64,000 nt of DNA from an uncultured Candidatus Melainabacteria bacterium. Lineage in GTDB: Bacteria; Cyanobacteriota; Vampirovibrionia; Gastranaerophilales; Gastranaerophilaceae. Location: contig CAKVDZ010000008.1 of the NCBI GenBank assembly GCA_934728585.1, positions 4,559 to 68,558 of the forward strand, written 5' to 3'. This document shows, piece after piece, positions 47,045 through 56,902 of this stretch. The translations under genes and the position numbers were made by a program. The notes beneath the pieces are model-generated. The model saw only the letters and a program-made list of their open reading frames with translations. It ran no database searches and was not told where the DNA came from. Numbering within the stretch: position 1 is the stretch's first letter; the number at the start of each line of letters is the position of its first letter.

Positions 47045-47082
47045 AAAAAAGAGGCGATTTTGATAAAATCAAAATCGCCTCT
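47045..47082 (-). terminator. Rho-independent terminator of rpsP
   Basis: gaggcgattttga / tcaaaatcgcctc stem with a T tract on the minus strand. Confidence 0.8.
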
Positions 47083-47103
47083 TTAAAAGTTATTATCAAA
47101 GAA

Positions 47104-47487
47104 CTAAGCTTCAACTGGAGCTTCTTCAGCAGGAGCTTCAGTAGCTGCAGCAGCTTCTGCTTCAGCTTGTTTTTTAGCTTCTTCTTCAGCAGCTTTCTTC
47201 GCCATAGCTTTCTTTGAAAGTTTTACTGTTTCAGATTTTTTGTAGTTCAAAGAACCATCATCATTACAGTTTTTAATCAAGTAAGCAACTGTATTTGTTG
47301 GTTGAGCACCTTTAGATACCCAATCAAGAGCTGCTTGTTTGTTTAATACCATAACTTTTGTTTTAGGATTGTAGTGACCTAACTCTTGAATTGGAGCGCC
47401 TTCACGTTTTGTTGTTGAGTTGATAACGATAATTCTGTAAGTTGGGTTCTTTTTAGCACCTAATCTTTTTAATCTGATTTTTAACAT
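47104..47487 (-). CDS. rpsP: 30S ribosomal protein S16 with an Ala/Glu/Lys-rich C-terminal extension
   Basis: MLKIRLKRLGAKKNPTYRIIV...HYNP. The tail is KKAAEEEAKKQAEAEAAAATEAPAEEAPVEA. Confidence 0.92.
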   Translation of the reverse strand: MLKIRLKRLGAKKNPTYRIIVINSTTKREGAPIQELGHYNPKTKVMVLNKQAALDWVSKGAQPTNTVAYLIKNCNDDGSLNYKKSETVKLSKKAMAKKAAEEEAKKQAEAEAAAATEAPAEEAPVEA

Positions 47488-47682
47488 GTTTGTTTTCCTT
47501 CTTAATTTTAACTACTCGCAAATACCACGCCGCTTTGGCATTTACTGGAATTAAGTCTAAGAGGAATGACTTAACTCTGTAAATACATGAAACCACAAAC
47601 ATATTTTTCAAGCAAGTTTTTTAACTAAAGTTACAGTCTGTTAAGGATTTGCCCCATATATTATTATTGTTAATATATTAGT

Positions 47683-49695
47683 ATGGCAAAAATTTTATTA
47701 GTTTCAGATGACAATAACAAAATTAAACATTACGATGAGATTTTAACGAGATTTTCTCATGATTTTCAGTTCGCCTCAGACGAACAAATGTTTTTTGATG
47801 TTATGAATGTTGATTTTCCAAGCATTATCATCTTAGACGCTACATCTAATTCTATAGATTTGCCTCATTTATATAGAAAAATCAATTCAATTAAGGAAAA
47901 TGTTGTTACAATTGCACTTGTAAAAGATGACAAAATTCCTCCAGAATTATTGAATATTTCTGATGCATTTTTGACAGAACCTGTTTCTGATAACATTTTA
48001 ATCTCAACAATAAATGTTAACATGCGAAGAAAAGATGCCTTGACTAGATTGTCAGCATCTAACCAAAATTTGTCAAAAAGCTTGTACCAACTTGATGTTT
48101 TATATAATATAGGTTCGCAATTTGCTGGAACGCTAGACAAGGAAAAGCTTATAAATATTATGCTTGAGGGACTTGATAAAGCCCTAGGTTTTTCAGTTGC
48201 CTGTGTTTTAACTTTTAAATCAGACAATGAACCTTTATTAATTATAAATTCTATAAACCAAATATCAGACAGACTTTTAGAAGCCTTAAAACTTAGAGCA
48301 GTATTGAATTATAAATCATTGTTCGAAAATAAAGAAATGCCGTTCGAATTAAATATAAACGACTTAAAAACAATAAAATATGCAAAAAATCCAATTGACG
48401 ACTATGATTTTTCAGTTTTAAGATATGATAATATGTTTGCACAAATCAATTTGAGCGATAACTTCTTTGGTTTTGTTGAAATCTACAGAGAACAAGATTT
48501 TACAAACGAAGACACACAATGCTTCCATACGATTGCACAACAGGTTTCAATGCCATTAAAAAATGCGTCATACGTCCAAGAAATTCAAGAAAAGAACAAG
48601 GAATTGTACAGATTAGAACACTTGAAATCAGAGTTTGTTTCAATTGTTTCGCACGAATTAAGAACACCGATTACGCCATTAAAAACAGCGTTACAAATCA
48701 TTTCTAGCGGTCGTGCTGGGGCAGTAACTGAAAGTATGAACAAATTTTTGACAATGGCAAACAAAAATATTGAAAGTTTTGCAAAAATCATCAATGATTT
48801 ACTTGATATGTCAAAAATTGAAGCTGGGAAAATGGATTACAAGTTTTCATCAACTAATTTTGAAAAAATTATTGATTACGTAATTAGCCAACAAAACAAT
48901 GTTGCTGAAGAAAAGGGGTTAAAACTTACAACAACATTTGATGATAATTTTGCAAGCGTCTTTGCTGATTCCTCAAGAATGACGCAGGTATTAAACAATC
49001 TACTTTCTAACGCTATCAAATTCACTCGCGAGGGTGGAGCAATTGATATAAGTACAAAAATTGTCGATGCAAAGGACATAAACTGTCCTGAATGTTTTGC
49101 AGATGAAATTAAAAAGCTTAAAGGAAAATACATTCAAGTTTGTGTAAAAGACGAGGGTATTGGTATTGAAGAAGAAAACTTACCAAAAGTATTCGACCAA
49201 TTCAAACAACTAGAAAGTTCTTTATCAAGAGAAGTTGGCGGTACAGGCTTGGGACTTCCAATTGTAAGAAAAATTTTGGACGCACATAACGGTGCTATCT
49301 GGGCAGAAAGTAAAATAAATGAGGGTTCTAGCTTTTATTTTGTGTTGCCAATTTTGAGCGAAAAATCTAATTTCTGGATTTTGCACAAACAATTAATCCA
49401 ACAAGCAAAAGTTAACAAAACAAAATTCTTAACTTTAACAATTTCTGCAAAAGATGATTGTATTGAAAACTTAATGAAAGAAGAAAACTTAATAAATAGT
49501 ACATATCTTAACAATTCACTATTAGATAAAGACGAAAATAGAACGTCCTTAACAATGGTAATTCCAGATGGGGACGAGCATTTAGTCGATTTTCTAAAAC
49601 GAAAGATAGACGCAGTTGTGCTTAACGATAAAGCCCGATATGCAAAATGTGATATAATGTATACATATACGACTTATCCAAAGGAGAAAGATTAA
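47683..49695 (+). CDS. Sensor histidine kinase with an N-terminal receiver-like domain, a GAF-like region and a C-terminal unknown domain
   Basis: LLVSDD / IIILD receiver-like. H-box FVSIVSHELRTPITPL. N-box LLSNAIKFT. G-boxes DEGIGI and GGTGLGLPIV. The last ~110 aa contain no recognised motif. Confidence 0.85.
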   Translation: MAKILLVSDDNNKIKHYDEILTRFSHDFQFASDEQMFFDVMNVDFPSIIILDATSNSIDLPHLYRKINSIKENVVTIALVKDDKIPPELLNISDAFLTEPVSDNILISTINVNMRRKDALTRLSASNQNLSKSLYQLDVLYNIGSQFAGTLDKEKLINIMLEGLDKALGFSVACVLTFKSDNEPLLIINSINQISDRLLEALKLRAVLNYKSLFENKEMPFELNINDLKTIKYAKNPIDDYDFSVLRYDNMFAQINLSDNFFGFVEIYREQDFTNEDTQCFHTIAQQVSMPLKNASYVQEIQEKNKELYRLEHLKSEFVSIVSHELRTPITPLKTALQIISSGRAGAVTESMNKFLTMANKNIESFAKIINDLLDMSKIEAGKMDYKFSSTNFEKIIDYVISQQNNVAEEKGLKLTTTFDDNFASVFADSSRMTQVLNNLLSNAIKFTREGGAIDISTKIVDAKDINCPECFADEIKKLKGKYIQVCVKDEGIGIEEENLPKVFDQFKQLESSLSREVGGTGLGLPIVRKILDAHNGAIWAESKINEGSSFYFVLPILSEKSNFWILHKQLIQQAKVNKTKFLTLTISAKDDCIENLMKEENLINSTYLNNSLLDKDENRTSLTMVIPDGDEHLVDFLKRKIDAVVLNDKARYAKCDIMYTYTTYPKEKD

Positions 49696-50072
49696 TGAAA
49701 AAAATATTACTCGTCGATGACGAACAAGATATCGTAGAAACACTTAAATTCGTTCTTGAGGGCGAAGGTTATACTTGCTTTTGTGCTTACAATGGCGAAG
49801 ACGGTTTAAAACTTGCTAAAGAAATTGTACCCGATTTAATGGTTTTAGATGTAATGATGCCAAAAATCAACGGATTTAAGATTAGCAGACTTTTGAAATA
49901 TGATGCTAAATACAAAAACATTCCGATTATAATGCTAACTGCACGTTCTCAAGATTCAGACAAACAAATCGGTGAAGAAACAGGCGCAGACGTATATATT
50001 ACAAAACCTTTTGATTTAGATGAAGTTATCTCAACAGTGGCACGATTATTGAAAGAAAAAGAAAATAACTAA
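49695..50072 (+). CDS. Single-domain CheY-like response regulator
   Basis: LLVDDE, LMVLDVMMP, IIMLTA, ITKPF. Its start overlaps the kinase stop. Confidence 0.9.
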   Translation: MKKILLVDDEQDIVETLKFVLEGEGYTCFCAYNGEDGLKLAKEIVPDLMVLDVMMPKINGFKISRLLKYDAKYKNIPIIMLTARSQDSDKQIGEETGADVYITKPFDLDEVISTVARLLKEKENN

Positions 50073-50074
50073 TT

Positions 50075-51457
50075 ATGATGATGGAAGCAGTTACAAATAA
50101 AACTTTAGAAAAACTAAAATACGACCTTGTTAGAGAGGGTCTAGTTGAATATGATACAGTCGAAAAAGCTCAAGAATTGGCAAATGCGCAAAACATAAAC
50201 ATTGGTCAAGCCTTGATTAATTCAAATGTATTGTCAGAAGAAACTCTCTTAAAATTTTTGGAATCAAAGTTACATATTCCTTACGTTAACCTTGATGACT
50301 ATACTTTAGATAAAAACTGCTTACAATACATTAATCTTATAGACGCTCGCAAATACAAAATTATTCCATTGTTCAAAATTGAAGATGTTTTGACAGTCGC
50401 TATGGCAGACCCTTTAGACCTATTTGCGATTGATAAAATTATGGAAAAAGCAGAATGTTCAATTGATCCTGTAATATCTTCAGAAACAAGCATCACAAAG
50501 AAAATTGACGAGTATTACAAAACTCCAAACACAGTTGGAGAAATCTATACTGAAAACAAAGATTCAGACTACGACTGGCATGAAGAATTGCACAATGATG
50601 ATTTATCAGATGAACATATTCAAAAGATTATTCGAGCAATCCTAAAACAGGCTATTCTTGAAGATAAACACGAAGTTTACTTTGCCCATGCAGAAGAAGG
50701 TCTAGAAATTACTTTCAAACAAAAAGGTACTGTGTACGAAAAAGGATTTATTCCATCAGTATTAACAGCATCGTTTGTATCTAAATTAAAAACTTTATCT
50801 AACTTAGACCCATCAGTAAGTGAAATCCCTCAACTTGGCAAATTATGCTTCAAAGTTGACGAAATGACGCTTGTTGCAAGCATTTCGTCGTTCCCTACAG
50901 TTATGGGTGAAAGAATTGCACTAAAAATTTATAAACCTCCAATGGCACTAAGTTCTATTATCAAGGACGAAACAAAAGTTCAATTGATTAAAAATTCATT
51001 GGAAAAACCAGGAATTGTACTTGTTTGTGGTGCACCTCTTTCTGGTAAAACACATATAATTTATTCATTACTTAATGAAATAGCAGATTCTAAAAAGACA
51101 ATTATGACAATAGAATCAATTACTAAGTATGATTTACCAAAGATTAATCAATGCGAATTAAACGAATCTATTAGCTTCAACCTTGACAAGGCCTTGAGAT
51201 TTATTGAATTTCAATCACCTGATATACTTTATATAGAGGGAATGATGTCAAAGTATGACTATATTTCAAGTCTTGCATTCAGCAACAAAACTGTTATAAC
51301 TGAATTTTTGGCAGAAAATATGTCAGATTTGCGTGAAAAGATGGCATATTCAGAAGTTGAAACATTCAAATCTCTCGTAAATTGTTTAATCTTTATCCAC
51401 GCTAAAGATAGTGTTGAAGTATTTGATAAATCTACAATACAAAAATATTTGGCATAA
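50075..51457 (+). CDS. GspE/PilB-family protein with a T2SSE_N (MshEN-like) domain and a degenerate ATPase core
   Basis: The N domain IPLFKIEDVLTVAMADPLDLFAIDKI and Walker A GAPLSGKT are present. The Asp box, Walker B Glu and His box positions read TIESITK, SPDILYIEGMMS and SNKTVITEFLA. Confidence 0.7.
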   Translation: MMMEAVTNKTLEKLKYDLVREGLVEYDTVEKAQELANAQNINIGQALINSNVLSEETLLKFLESKLHIPYVNLDDYTLDKNCLQYINLIDARKYKIIPLFKIEDVLTVAMADPLDLFAIDKIMEKAECSIDPVISSETSITKKIDEYYKTPNTVGEIYTENKDSDYDWHEELHNDDLSDEHIQKIIRAILKQAILEDKHEVYFAHAEEGLEITFKQKGTVYEKGFIPSVLTASFVSKLKTLSNLDPSVSEIPQLGKLCFKVDEMTLVASISSFPTVMGERIALKIYKPPMALSSIIKDETKVQLIKNSLEKPGIVLVCGAPLSGKTHIIYSLLNEIADSKKTIMTIESITKYDLPKINQCELNESISFNLDKALRFIEFQSPDILYIEGMMSKYDYISSLAFSNKTVITEFLAENMSDLREKMAYSEVETFKSLVNCLIFIHAKDSVEVFDKSTIQKYLA

Positions 51458-51470
51458 AAATTTTAAAATA

Positions 51471-51502
51471 AAAAAGGCGGAGCCTTTGGCTCCGCCTTTT
51501 TT
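51471..51502. terminator. Bidirectional rho-independent terminator
   Basis: ggcggagcc / ggctccgcc stem, flanked by an A-run and a T-run, between convergent genes. Confidence 0.85.
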
Positions 51503-51504
51503 AT

Positions 51505-52443
51505 TTATACTGCAACTTCGTGCATTGTTTCTATAAAACGTCCTGCATAAACAGCTGCAACCGCACCATCTGCTGCCGCAGTAATTACTTGGCGTAGTGG
51601 AGTTGTACGCACATCACCAATTGCATAAACCCCTTTTACGCTTGTTTTCATTGTTTCGTCAGTTACAATAAAACCGTTTTTATCTTGATTTAATTGTCCG
51701 TTAAATAACTCAACATTAGGATCAAATCCAATATAAGGGAAAATACCGTTTATAGCCAAGTCTTTAACTTCGCCTGTTTTAACGTTTTCAATAATGGCTG
51801 ATTTTACTAGGTCATCACCTTTAATCTCTTTTATAACAGTGTCGTAAATAAATTCTAACTTTTCATTTTTAAACGCGCGTTCTTGAACAATTTTATCTGC
51901 TCTTAATTCGTCACGTCTATGAATTACATAAACCTTTGTAGCAAAACGAGTTAAATACATAGCTTCTTCAACAGCAGCATTTCCACCACCTACAACTGCA
52001 ACAATTTTGTCTTTATAAAATGCACCGTCACAAACTGCACAATAGCTTACGCCACGTCCTAAAAATTCTTTTTCACCGCTAACACCAAGTTTCTTAGCTT
52101 GCGCACCTGTTGCAATAATAACTGCCTTTGCCTTAAATTCACCATTTAAGGTTTTAATTGTTTTTATTTCAGAAGTCAAATCAACACTTTGAATTTCTTC
52201 CATAGGGAATTTTTCAATTCCGAACATATCAGCATGTTCTTCAAATTTTTCCATCAAATCAAAGCCCTCAATACGAGAGAACCCTGGATAATTTTCTAAT
52301 TCCAAGTAATTGCTAGGTTGACCACCGAGCATACTTATGTCAATTACTGCAACCTTTGCAGAGCTTCTTGCTCCATAAATACCTGCGCTTAAACCAGCAG
52401 GTCCACCACCTAATATTATAATGTCAAAATTTTTGTCACTCAT
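51505..52443 (-). CDS. trxB: Thioredoxin-disulfide reductase
   Basis: DIIILGGGPAGLSAG, CAVCDG, GGGNAAVEEA. The start MSDKNF at 52443 follows GAGGAG; the ORF track extends to 52458. Confidence 0.92.
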   Translation of the reverse strand: MSDKNFDIIILGGGPAGLSAGIYGARSSAKVAVIDISMLGGQPSNYLELENYPGFSRIEGFDLMEKFEEHADMFGIEKFPMEEIQSVDLTSEIKTIKTLNGEFKAKAVIIATGAQAKKLGVSGEKEFLGRGVSYCAVCDGAFYKDKIVAVVGGGNAAVEEAMYLTRFATKVYVIHRRDELRADKIVQERAFKNEKLEFIYDTVIKEIKGDDLVKSAIIENVKTGEVKDLAINGIFPYIGFDPNVELFNGQLNQDKNGFIVTDETMKTSVKGVYAIGDVRTTPLRQVITAAADGAVAAVYAGRFIETMHEVAV

Positions 52444-52454
52444 TTTGTAACTCC

Positions 52455-52958
52455 TCAATTGATACCAGTACCTGAAATTTTAGTACCTTTTATTGTATAC
52501 ACAGCTTGTTTTTTTATTCTTACAAATTTGTCAGGATCTTCTTTCAAAGTTTCTAACTCTAACTCATTTGTACCTGTGAACGTATTACCGTTCAATTTTA
52601 GTTTGACAGTATCCTTTAACTTTGTATTGCCATCTTTTTCAAAGTGAGTAAATGTAATCTCGTTATTCACTACATCTTCCAAATAAATTTCAGCAGTAGC
52701 ACCAGTTACGGGATTTCTTAATTCTATGACGTTACCACTCCTACGTAAGTTCCACAAATCTATACTTGAAGTTGCAAAAGTTTTAGGATTATCAGTTGAA
52801 ACTCTATTCGATTGAACAGACCAAGTGCCGAAAAATTGTTTCGGCACACTGTCAATCTTTGAAATACCAGCTTTTAGCACGTAAGGTTCTTGTGCCAAAG
52901 CTGGTAAAACATTTAAAATTAATATTGTTAAAGTAAAAACTAATAATATTTTTTTCAT
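52455..52958 (-). CDS. Hypothetical secreted beta-rich protein
   Basis: Signal peptide MKKILLVFTLTILILNVLPALA; no motif recognised. Confidence 0.6.
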   Translation of the reverse strand: MKKILLVFTLTILILNVLPALAQEPYVLKAGISKIDSVPKQFFGTWSVQSNRVSTDNPKTFATSSIDLWNLRRSGNVIELRNPVTGATAEIYLEDVVNNEITFTHFEKDGNTKLKDTVKLKLNGNTFTGTNELELETLKEDPDKFVRIKKQAVYTIKGTKISGTGIN

Positions 52959-52961
52959 TGA

Positions 52962-54350
52962 TTATTGTTTAGACATTTTTTCTTGTAGAGTTTTTGCAGA
53001 TTCTTCATATCCAGCTCTACCCATTAATGCGTATGTGTAATTTTTAGCTTGTTCAACACCAGGTTGGTTGAATGTATTAATATTGTACAATTCACCAGCG
53101 ATAGCTGTTTGAACTTCTAACATATACAACAATTGAGCAACACTGTATGCATTAACTCTTGGCAAGCTAATTGTTACTGTTGGACGTTTGTAATCTGAAA
53201 GAGCTACTCTTGTTGAATCTGCTTCTGCGTTAATCAATTGGTTAATTGTTTTTCCGCCTAAGTAGCCAATTCCTGTGTAATCGAAGATGTGAGGAATTTC
53301 AAGAGTTTTGTCAAATTCTTCAACTCTAATAAAGTTAATAACTTTGTCATTTGGACCTTCGTTATAAAGTTGAATTTGAGAGTGTTGGTCTGTAGCGCCT
53401 AAAGCTTTAATTGGAGTAGGACCACAGTTTACTTTTTTACCCTTATTATTTTCTTCTTTACCTAATGATTCAGCCCATAATTGAACATACCAGTCTGAAA
53501 TGTATTTCAATCTGCTTGAATATGGCATCATAACTGATAAATTTTTACCTTTTTTAGTATCCATTAGGTAATGAATTAAAGCATTTTGAGCTGCAATATT
53601 GTTATGAATATCAGTGTTTTTAAGAGCTAAGTCCATATCTTTAACACCATTCATCATATCTTCAATATCAATACCTACTAAAGCAAATGGCAATAAACCT
53701 ACAGCTGAAAATACTGAGAAACGACCACCAACATCATCAGGAACTACAAATGTTTTGTAACCTTCTTGGTCTGCCAATTGTCTTAAAATACCTGTTTTTT
53801 GGTCAGTTGTTGCAACAATATTTTTTCTGTAATCATCGCCTAATTGTTGTTCCATTAGGTTTTTGATAATCATATATTGTGACATTGTTTCTGCTGTAGA
53901 ACCAGATTTTGTAATTACATTAACTAAAGTTCTCTTTAAGTCGATAACTTCTAACAAACCACTAATTTGGTCTGGGTCGATATTGTCAAGGAAGAAAATT
54001 CTTGGCATACCGCCTCTTTGTTCTGGAGTTAATAAATTCCAGTATGGTTTCAACAATGCTTCTGTAACAGCGATGCCACCTAAAGCAGAACCACCAATAC
54101 CTAAAATTAATACGTTATCATATCTGCCTTGAACCATAGCTGCAAATTCTTTTACATACCATACAGTTTCTTCATTGTAGCCCAAGTTCATCCATTGTAA
54201 CCATTGACCTTGTTTGTCTTTACGTTGGTTCAAATCTTTAATAATTCTTTCGATTTCACCTTTGTAGCTTGAAAATTCTTTTTCAATGTTTAAACCATGG
54301 TCTTTGCCGATAACTTTCGCATCAACATTGTTGTAATTTAATGTAATCAT
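52962..54350 (-). CDS. pgi: Glucose-6-phosphate isomerase
   Basis: LILGIGGSALGG, KSGSTAET, GGRFSVFSAVGL. The start MITLNY at 54350 follows GGAGAAAG. Confidence 0.9.
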   Translation of the reverse strand: MITLNYNNVDAKVIGKDHGLNIEKEFSSYKGEIERIIKDLNQRKDKQGQWLQWMNLGYNEETVWYVKEFAAMVQGRYDNVLILGIGGSALGGIAVTEALLKPYWNLLTPEQRGGMPRIFFLDNIDPDQISGLLEVIDLKRTLVNVITKSGSTAETMSQYMIIKNLMEQQLGDDYRKNIVATTDQKTGILRQLADQEGYKTFVVPDDVGGRFSVFSAVGLLPFALVGIDIEDMMNGVKDMDLALKNTDIHNNIAAQNALIHYLMDTKKGKNLSVMMPYSSRLKYISDWYVQLWAESLGKEENNKGKKVNCGPTPIKALGATDQHSQIQLYNEGPNDKVINFIRVEEFDKTLEIPHIFDYTGIGYLGGKTINQLINAEADSTRVALSDYKRPTVTISLPRVNAYSVAQLLYMLEVQTAIAGELYNINTFNQPGVEQAKNYTYALMGRAGYEESAKTLQEKMSKQ

Positions 54351-54491
54351 TTCACTTTCTCCGTGTTTATATGTAAATTGTAATCTTTTTCTACACAAAA
54401 CGCATGCAAAAAGTTGCAAGCATACATTTATTTTACGCTTAACAATGGTTAATTAAAAGCATTTTTCTAAAAAAATGTAACAAAACTTTAG

Positions 54492-55160
54492 TTATTGAAA
54501 ATGTTTTTGGAAAGTTCTATATGACTTAATTTTGCCTTGCTCTTTATAAAGTTTTACAAAGTTTTGTTGAGCTTGTTGATAGTTTAAAATAGTGATTTCA
54601 ACAGATTTATTTAGTACGACAAAAAATACAGGCAAAGCTAGAACAACAGTCAATACCATTATTATAACTTGCTTTGTAAATTTAGCACGTTCTTGAGCCT
54701 CTCGACGTCTTTTTGATAAGTCATCTTGTTCGTGTAAGACATTATTAATCAATCTTTTACGTTCTTTTAAAGTCAACCCCTCAATAAAATCTAGATTTTC
54801 AGGTTCAATGTAGATAACAAACTTCTTTTCTCCTGGAGCAAGTTTTAGTTTTTCTTTTAAGTGCGGAACATTCTTGTTAGAAGCATTTTCTCTATTTGCT
54901 ACTTCTGCACTATTAACAGGTACGACCTCTTGTGGTTGCGCTATTTGCATATTAACAGATGGTTGTTCTTCCTTTACTTCAGGTTTATTAGTTTTTTCAG
55001 GAGTATATTCAATATTATCTAACTTCATATGCTCTTGAAGTTGATTTTGTAAAGCTTCAATATCAATGTTATCATCAAACTCAATAACATCTTCTTCATC
55101 TGAAACTGTATCCATTTCATTAGATTGCATATTGTTTAATTTTTCGTCATTTTTATCCAA
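54492..55160 (-). CDS. Hypothetical single-pass membrane protein with an acidic N-terminal region
   Basis: TM segment VIIMVLTVVLALPVFFVVL near the C-terminus; no motif recognised. Confidence 0.55.
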   Translation of the reverse strand: MDKNDEKLNNMQSNEMDTVSDEEDVIEFDDNIDIEALQNQLQEHMKLDNIEYTPEKTNKPEVKEEQPSVNMQIAQPQEVVPVNSAEVANRENASNKNVPHLKEKLKLAPGEKKFVIYIEPENLDFIEGLTLKERKRLINNVLHEQDDLSKRRREAQERAKFTKQVIIMVLTVVLALPVFFVVLNKSVEITILNYQQAQQNFVKLYKEQGKIKSYRTFQKHFQ

Positions 55161-55240
55161 AATGTTACCTCATTTTTTTGTTCATGGTAAACTGTAATTA
55201 TTATAAATTATTTAAATCCAATTATCAATAATCAATATAG

Positions 55241-56260
55241 ATGAAAGTTATGAATATAAATAAAGAAAAACTAGTAGATTATATTAATAAACTAAACACC
55301 GCAAAGATACTTGTAGTAGGTGATTTAGCTATTGACGAAATGATTTACGGCGATACAGAGCGAATTTCACGAGAAGCACCCGTATTAATTTTGCAACATA
55401 CGCATACAAATATTATACTAGGTGCTGCCTCAAACGCTGCTCATAACGCTTCTGTAATCAACAATGGCAAAGTGTCAGTTATTGGTGTAGTTGGCGATGA
55501 TTACCAAGCTGGACAATTAAAAGAAGCTTTAAGTTCTGCAAGAATTGATATTAATTATCTGGTAGAGGAAAAAGGTAGAAAAACTGTTACAAAAACAAGA
55601 ATTTCAGGCTCTTGCTCTCAATCTGTAACACAACAAATTGTTCGCATTGATAGACAAACTAAAGCGCCTATCAAACCAGAAACTGAAGAAAAGATTATTG
55701 AAAACTTAGAAAAGTCTGTACCAAACTTTGATGCAGTGATTTTATCTGATTATCATATCGGAGTTTTAACACAAAAAGTTATAGATAAAGCTACAGAACT
55801 AGCCAATAAATACAGCAAGGTTATCGTTGTAGACGCTCAAAAAGATTTAGACAAGTACAAAAACGTAACTTCTATGACTCCAAATTTACCAGATACACAA
55901 AAATTCACAGGTATAGAATTAACAGACAGTGAACAAATTATAAAAGCTGGTAGAAAAATTATTGAAGAAACAGATGCAAAATCTGTTTTAATAACTTGTG
56001 GTTCTGATGGCATGGTTATTGTGGATAAAAATTTAGGTTCAGATATTATTCCTGTATTTAACCGTTCAAAAGTATTCGATGTAACTGGCGCTGGAGATAC
56101 AGTAACAGCAATTTACACCATGGGATTAGCGGTAGGTGCTGAACCTTTATATGCAGCAGTAATGGGAAATATTGCCGCAAGTATTGTAATCAAACAATTC
56201 GGTTGTGCCACAACAACAACTGATGAAATGATTAAAACACTAGAAAAAATAGAATTATAA
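55241..56260 (+). CDS. D-glycero-beta-D-manno-heptose-7-phosphate kinase (PfkB family, RfaE domain I type)
   Basis: ILVVGDLAIDEMIYGDTERISREAPV, DVTGAGDT. No adenylyltransferase domain is fused. Confidence 0.8.
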   Translation: MKVMNINKEKLVDYINKLNTAKILVVGDLAIDEMIYGDTERISREAPVLILQHTHTNIILGAASNAAHNASVINNGKVSVIGVVGDDYQAGQLKEALSSARIDINYLVEEKGRKTVTKTRISGSCSQSVTQQIVRIDRQTKAPIKPETEEKIIENLEKSVPNFDAVILSDYHIGVLTQKVIDKATELANKYSKVIVVDAQKDLDKYKNVTSMTPNLPDTQKFTGIELTDSEQIIKAGRKIIEETDAKSVLITCGSDGMVIVDKNLGSDIIPVFNRSKVFDVTGAGDTVTAIYTMGLAVGAEPLYAAVMGNIAASIVIKQFGCATTTTDEMIKTLEKIEL

Positions 56261-56271
56261 GGAGATATTTT

Positions 56272-56901
56272 ATGAAATTTGATTTCGATGATGTAAAAAA
56301 ATTTTTTTCAGACATTAAGCCTGTAGATTGGATTATTGTTGGCGGAATAATTTTGGCTCTAATTGTTGGAGCATTAACTTTCTTACATTTTAGAGGCACA
56401 GCAAGTAACAAGATTGAAGCACAAGCAACAATTGGTTTTCAAGTATTCTTAAGAGGTGTAACTCTTACTGGAAACGAATCTCCAATTCGTCCAAACGATA
56501 CAACTTTTATCACTATTAGAAACGTTCCTTACACAGATTTAAAAGTTATTGACGTAAGAGTTGATACTAAAAAAACAGTTCTACCAAATCCAAAACCAGG
56601 AAAAGACGCGTTTGTAATGGTAGAAGATATTTCACAAGCATTTTTATATGATATGGTTGTAACTTTAGTTGACCCAAGCGCAAAAATCACAAAAGACGGT
56701 GCTGTAGTTGGTGGAAACAAAATTAAAATCGGCTTGCCTGTAACTCTAGAAGGACCAAGCTATAAATTAAATGGTACTGTTTCAGACGTTAGAATTCTAC
56801 AACCCAATGCACAACCTCAACCACAAGCAGAGCAAAATGGTCAACAACCTTATGCACAAGCTCAACCAGATGTTAACAAACAAGAACAAAACGTAGGCTA
56901 G
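56272..56901 (+). CDS. Hypothetical membrane-anchored protein (DUF4330-like) with a Gln/Pro-rich tail
   Basis: N-terminal TM segment WIIVGGIILALIVGALTF; C-terminal QPNAQPQPQAEQNGQQPYAQAQ. Confidence 0.55.
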   Translation: MKFDFDDVKKFFSDIKPVDWIIVGGIILALIVGALTFLHFRGTASNKIEAQATIGFQVFLRGVTLTGNESPIRPNDTTFITIRNVPYTDLKVIDVRVDTKKTVLPNPKPGKDAFVMVEDISQAFLYDMVVTLVDPSAKITKDGAVVGGNKIKIGLPVTLEGPSYKLNGTVSDVRILQPNAQPQPQAEQNGQQPYAQAQPDVNKQEQNVG

Positions 56902-56902
56902 T

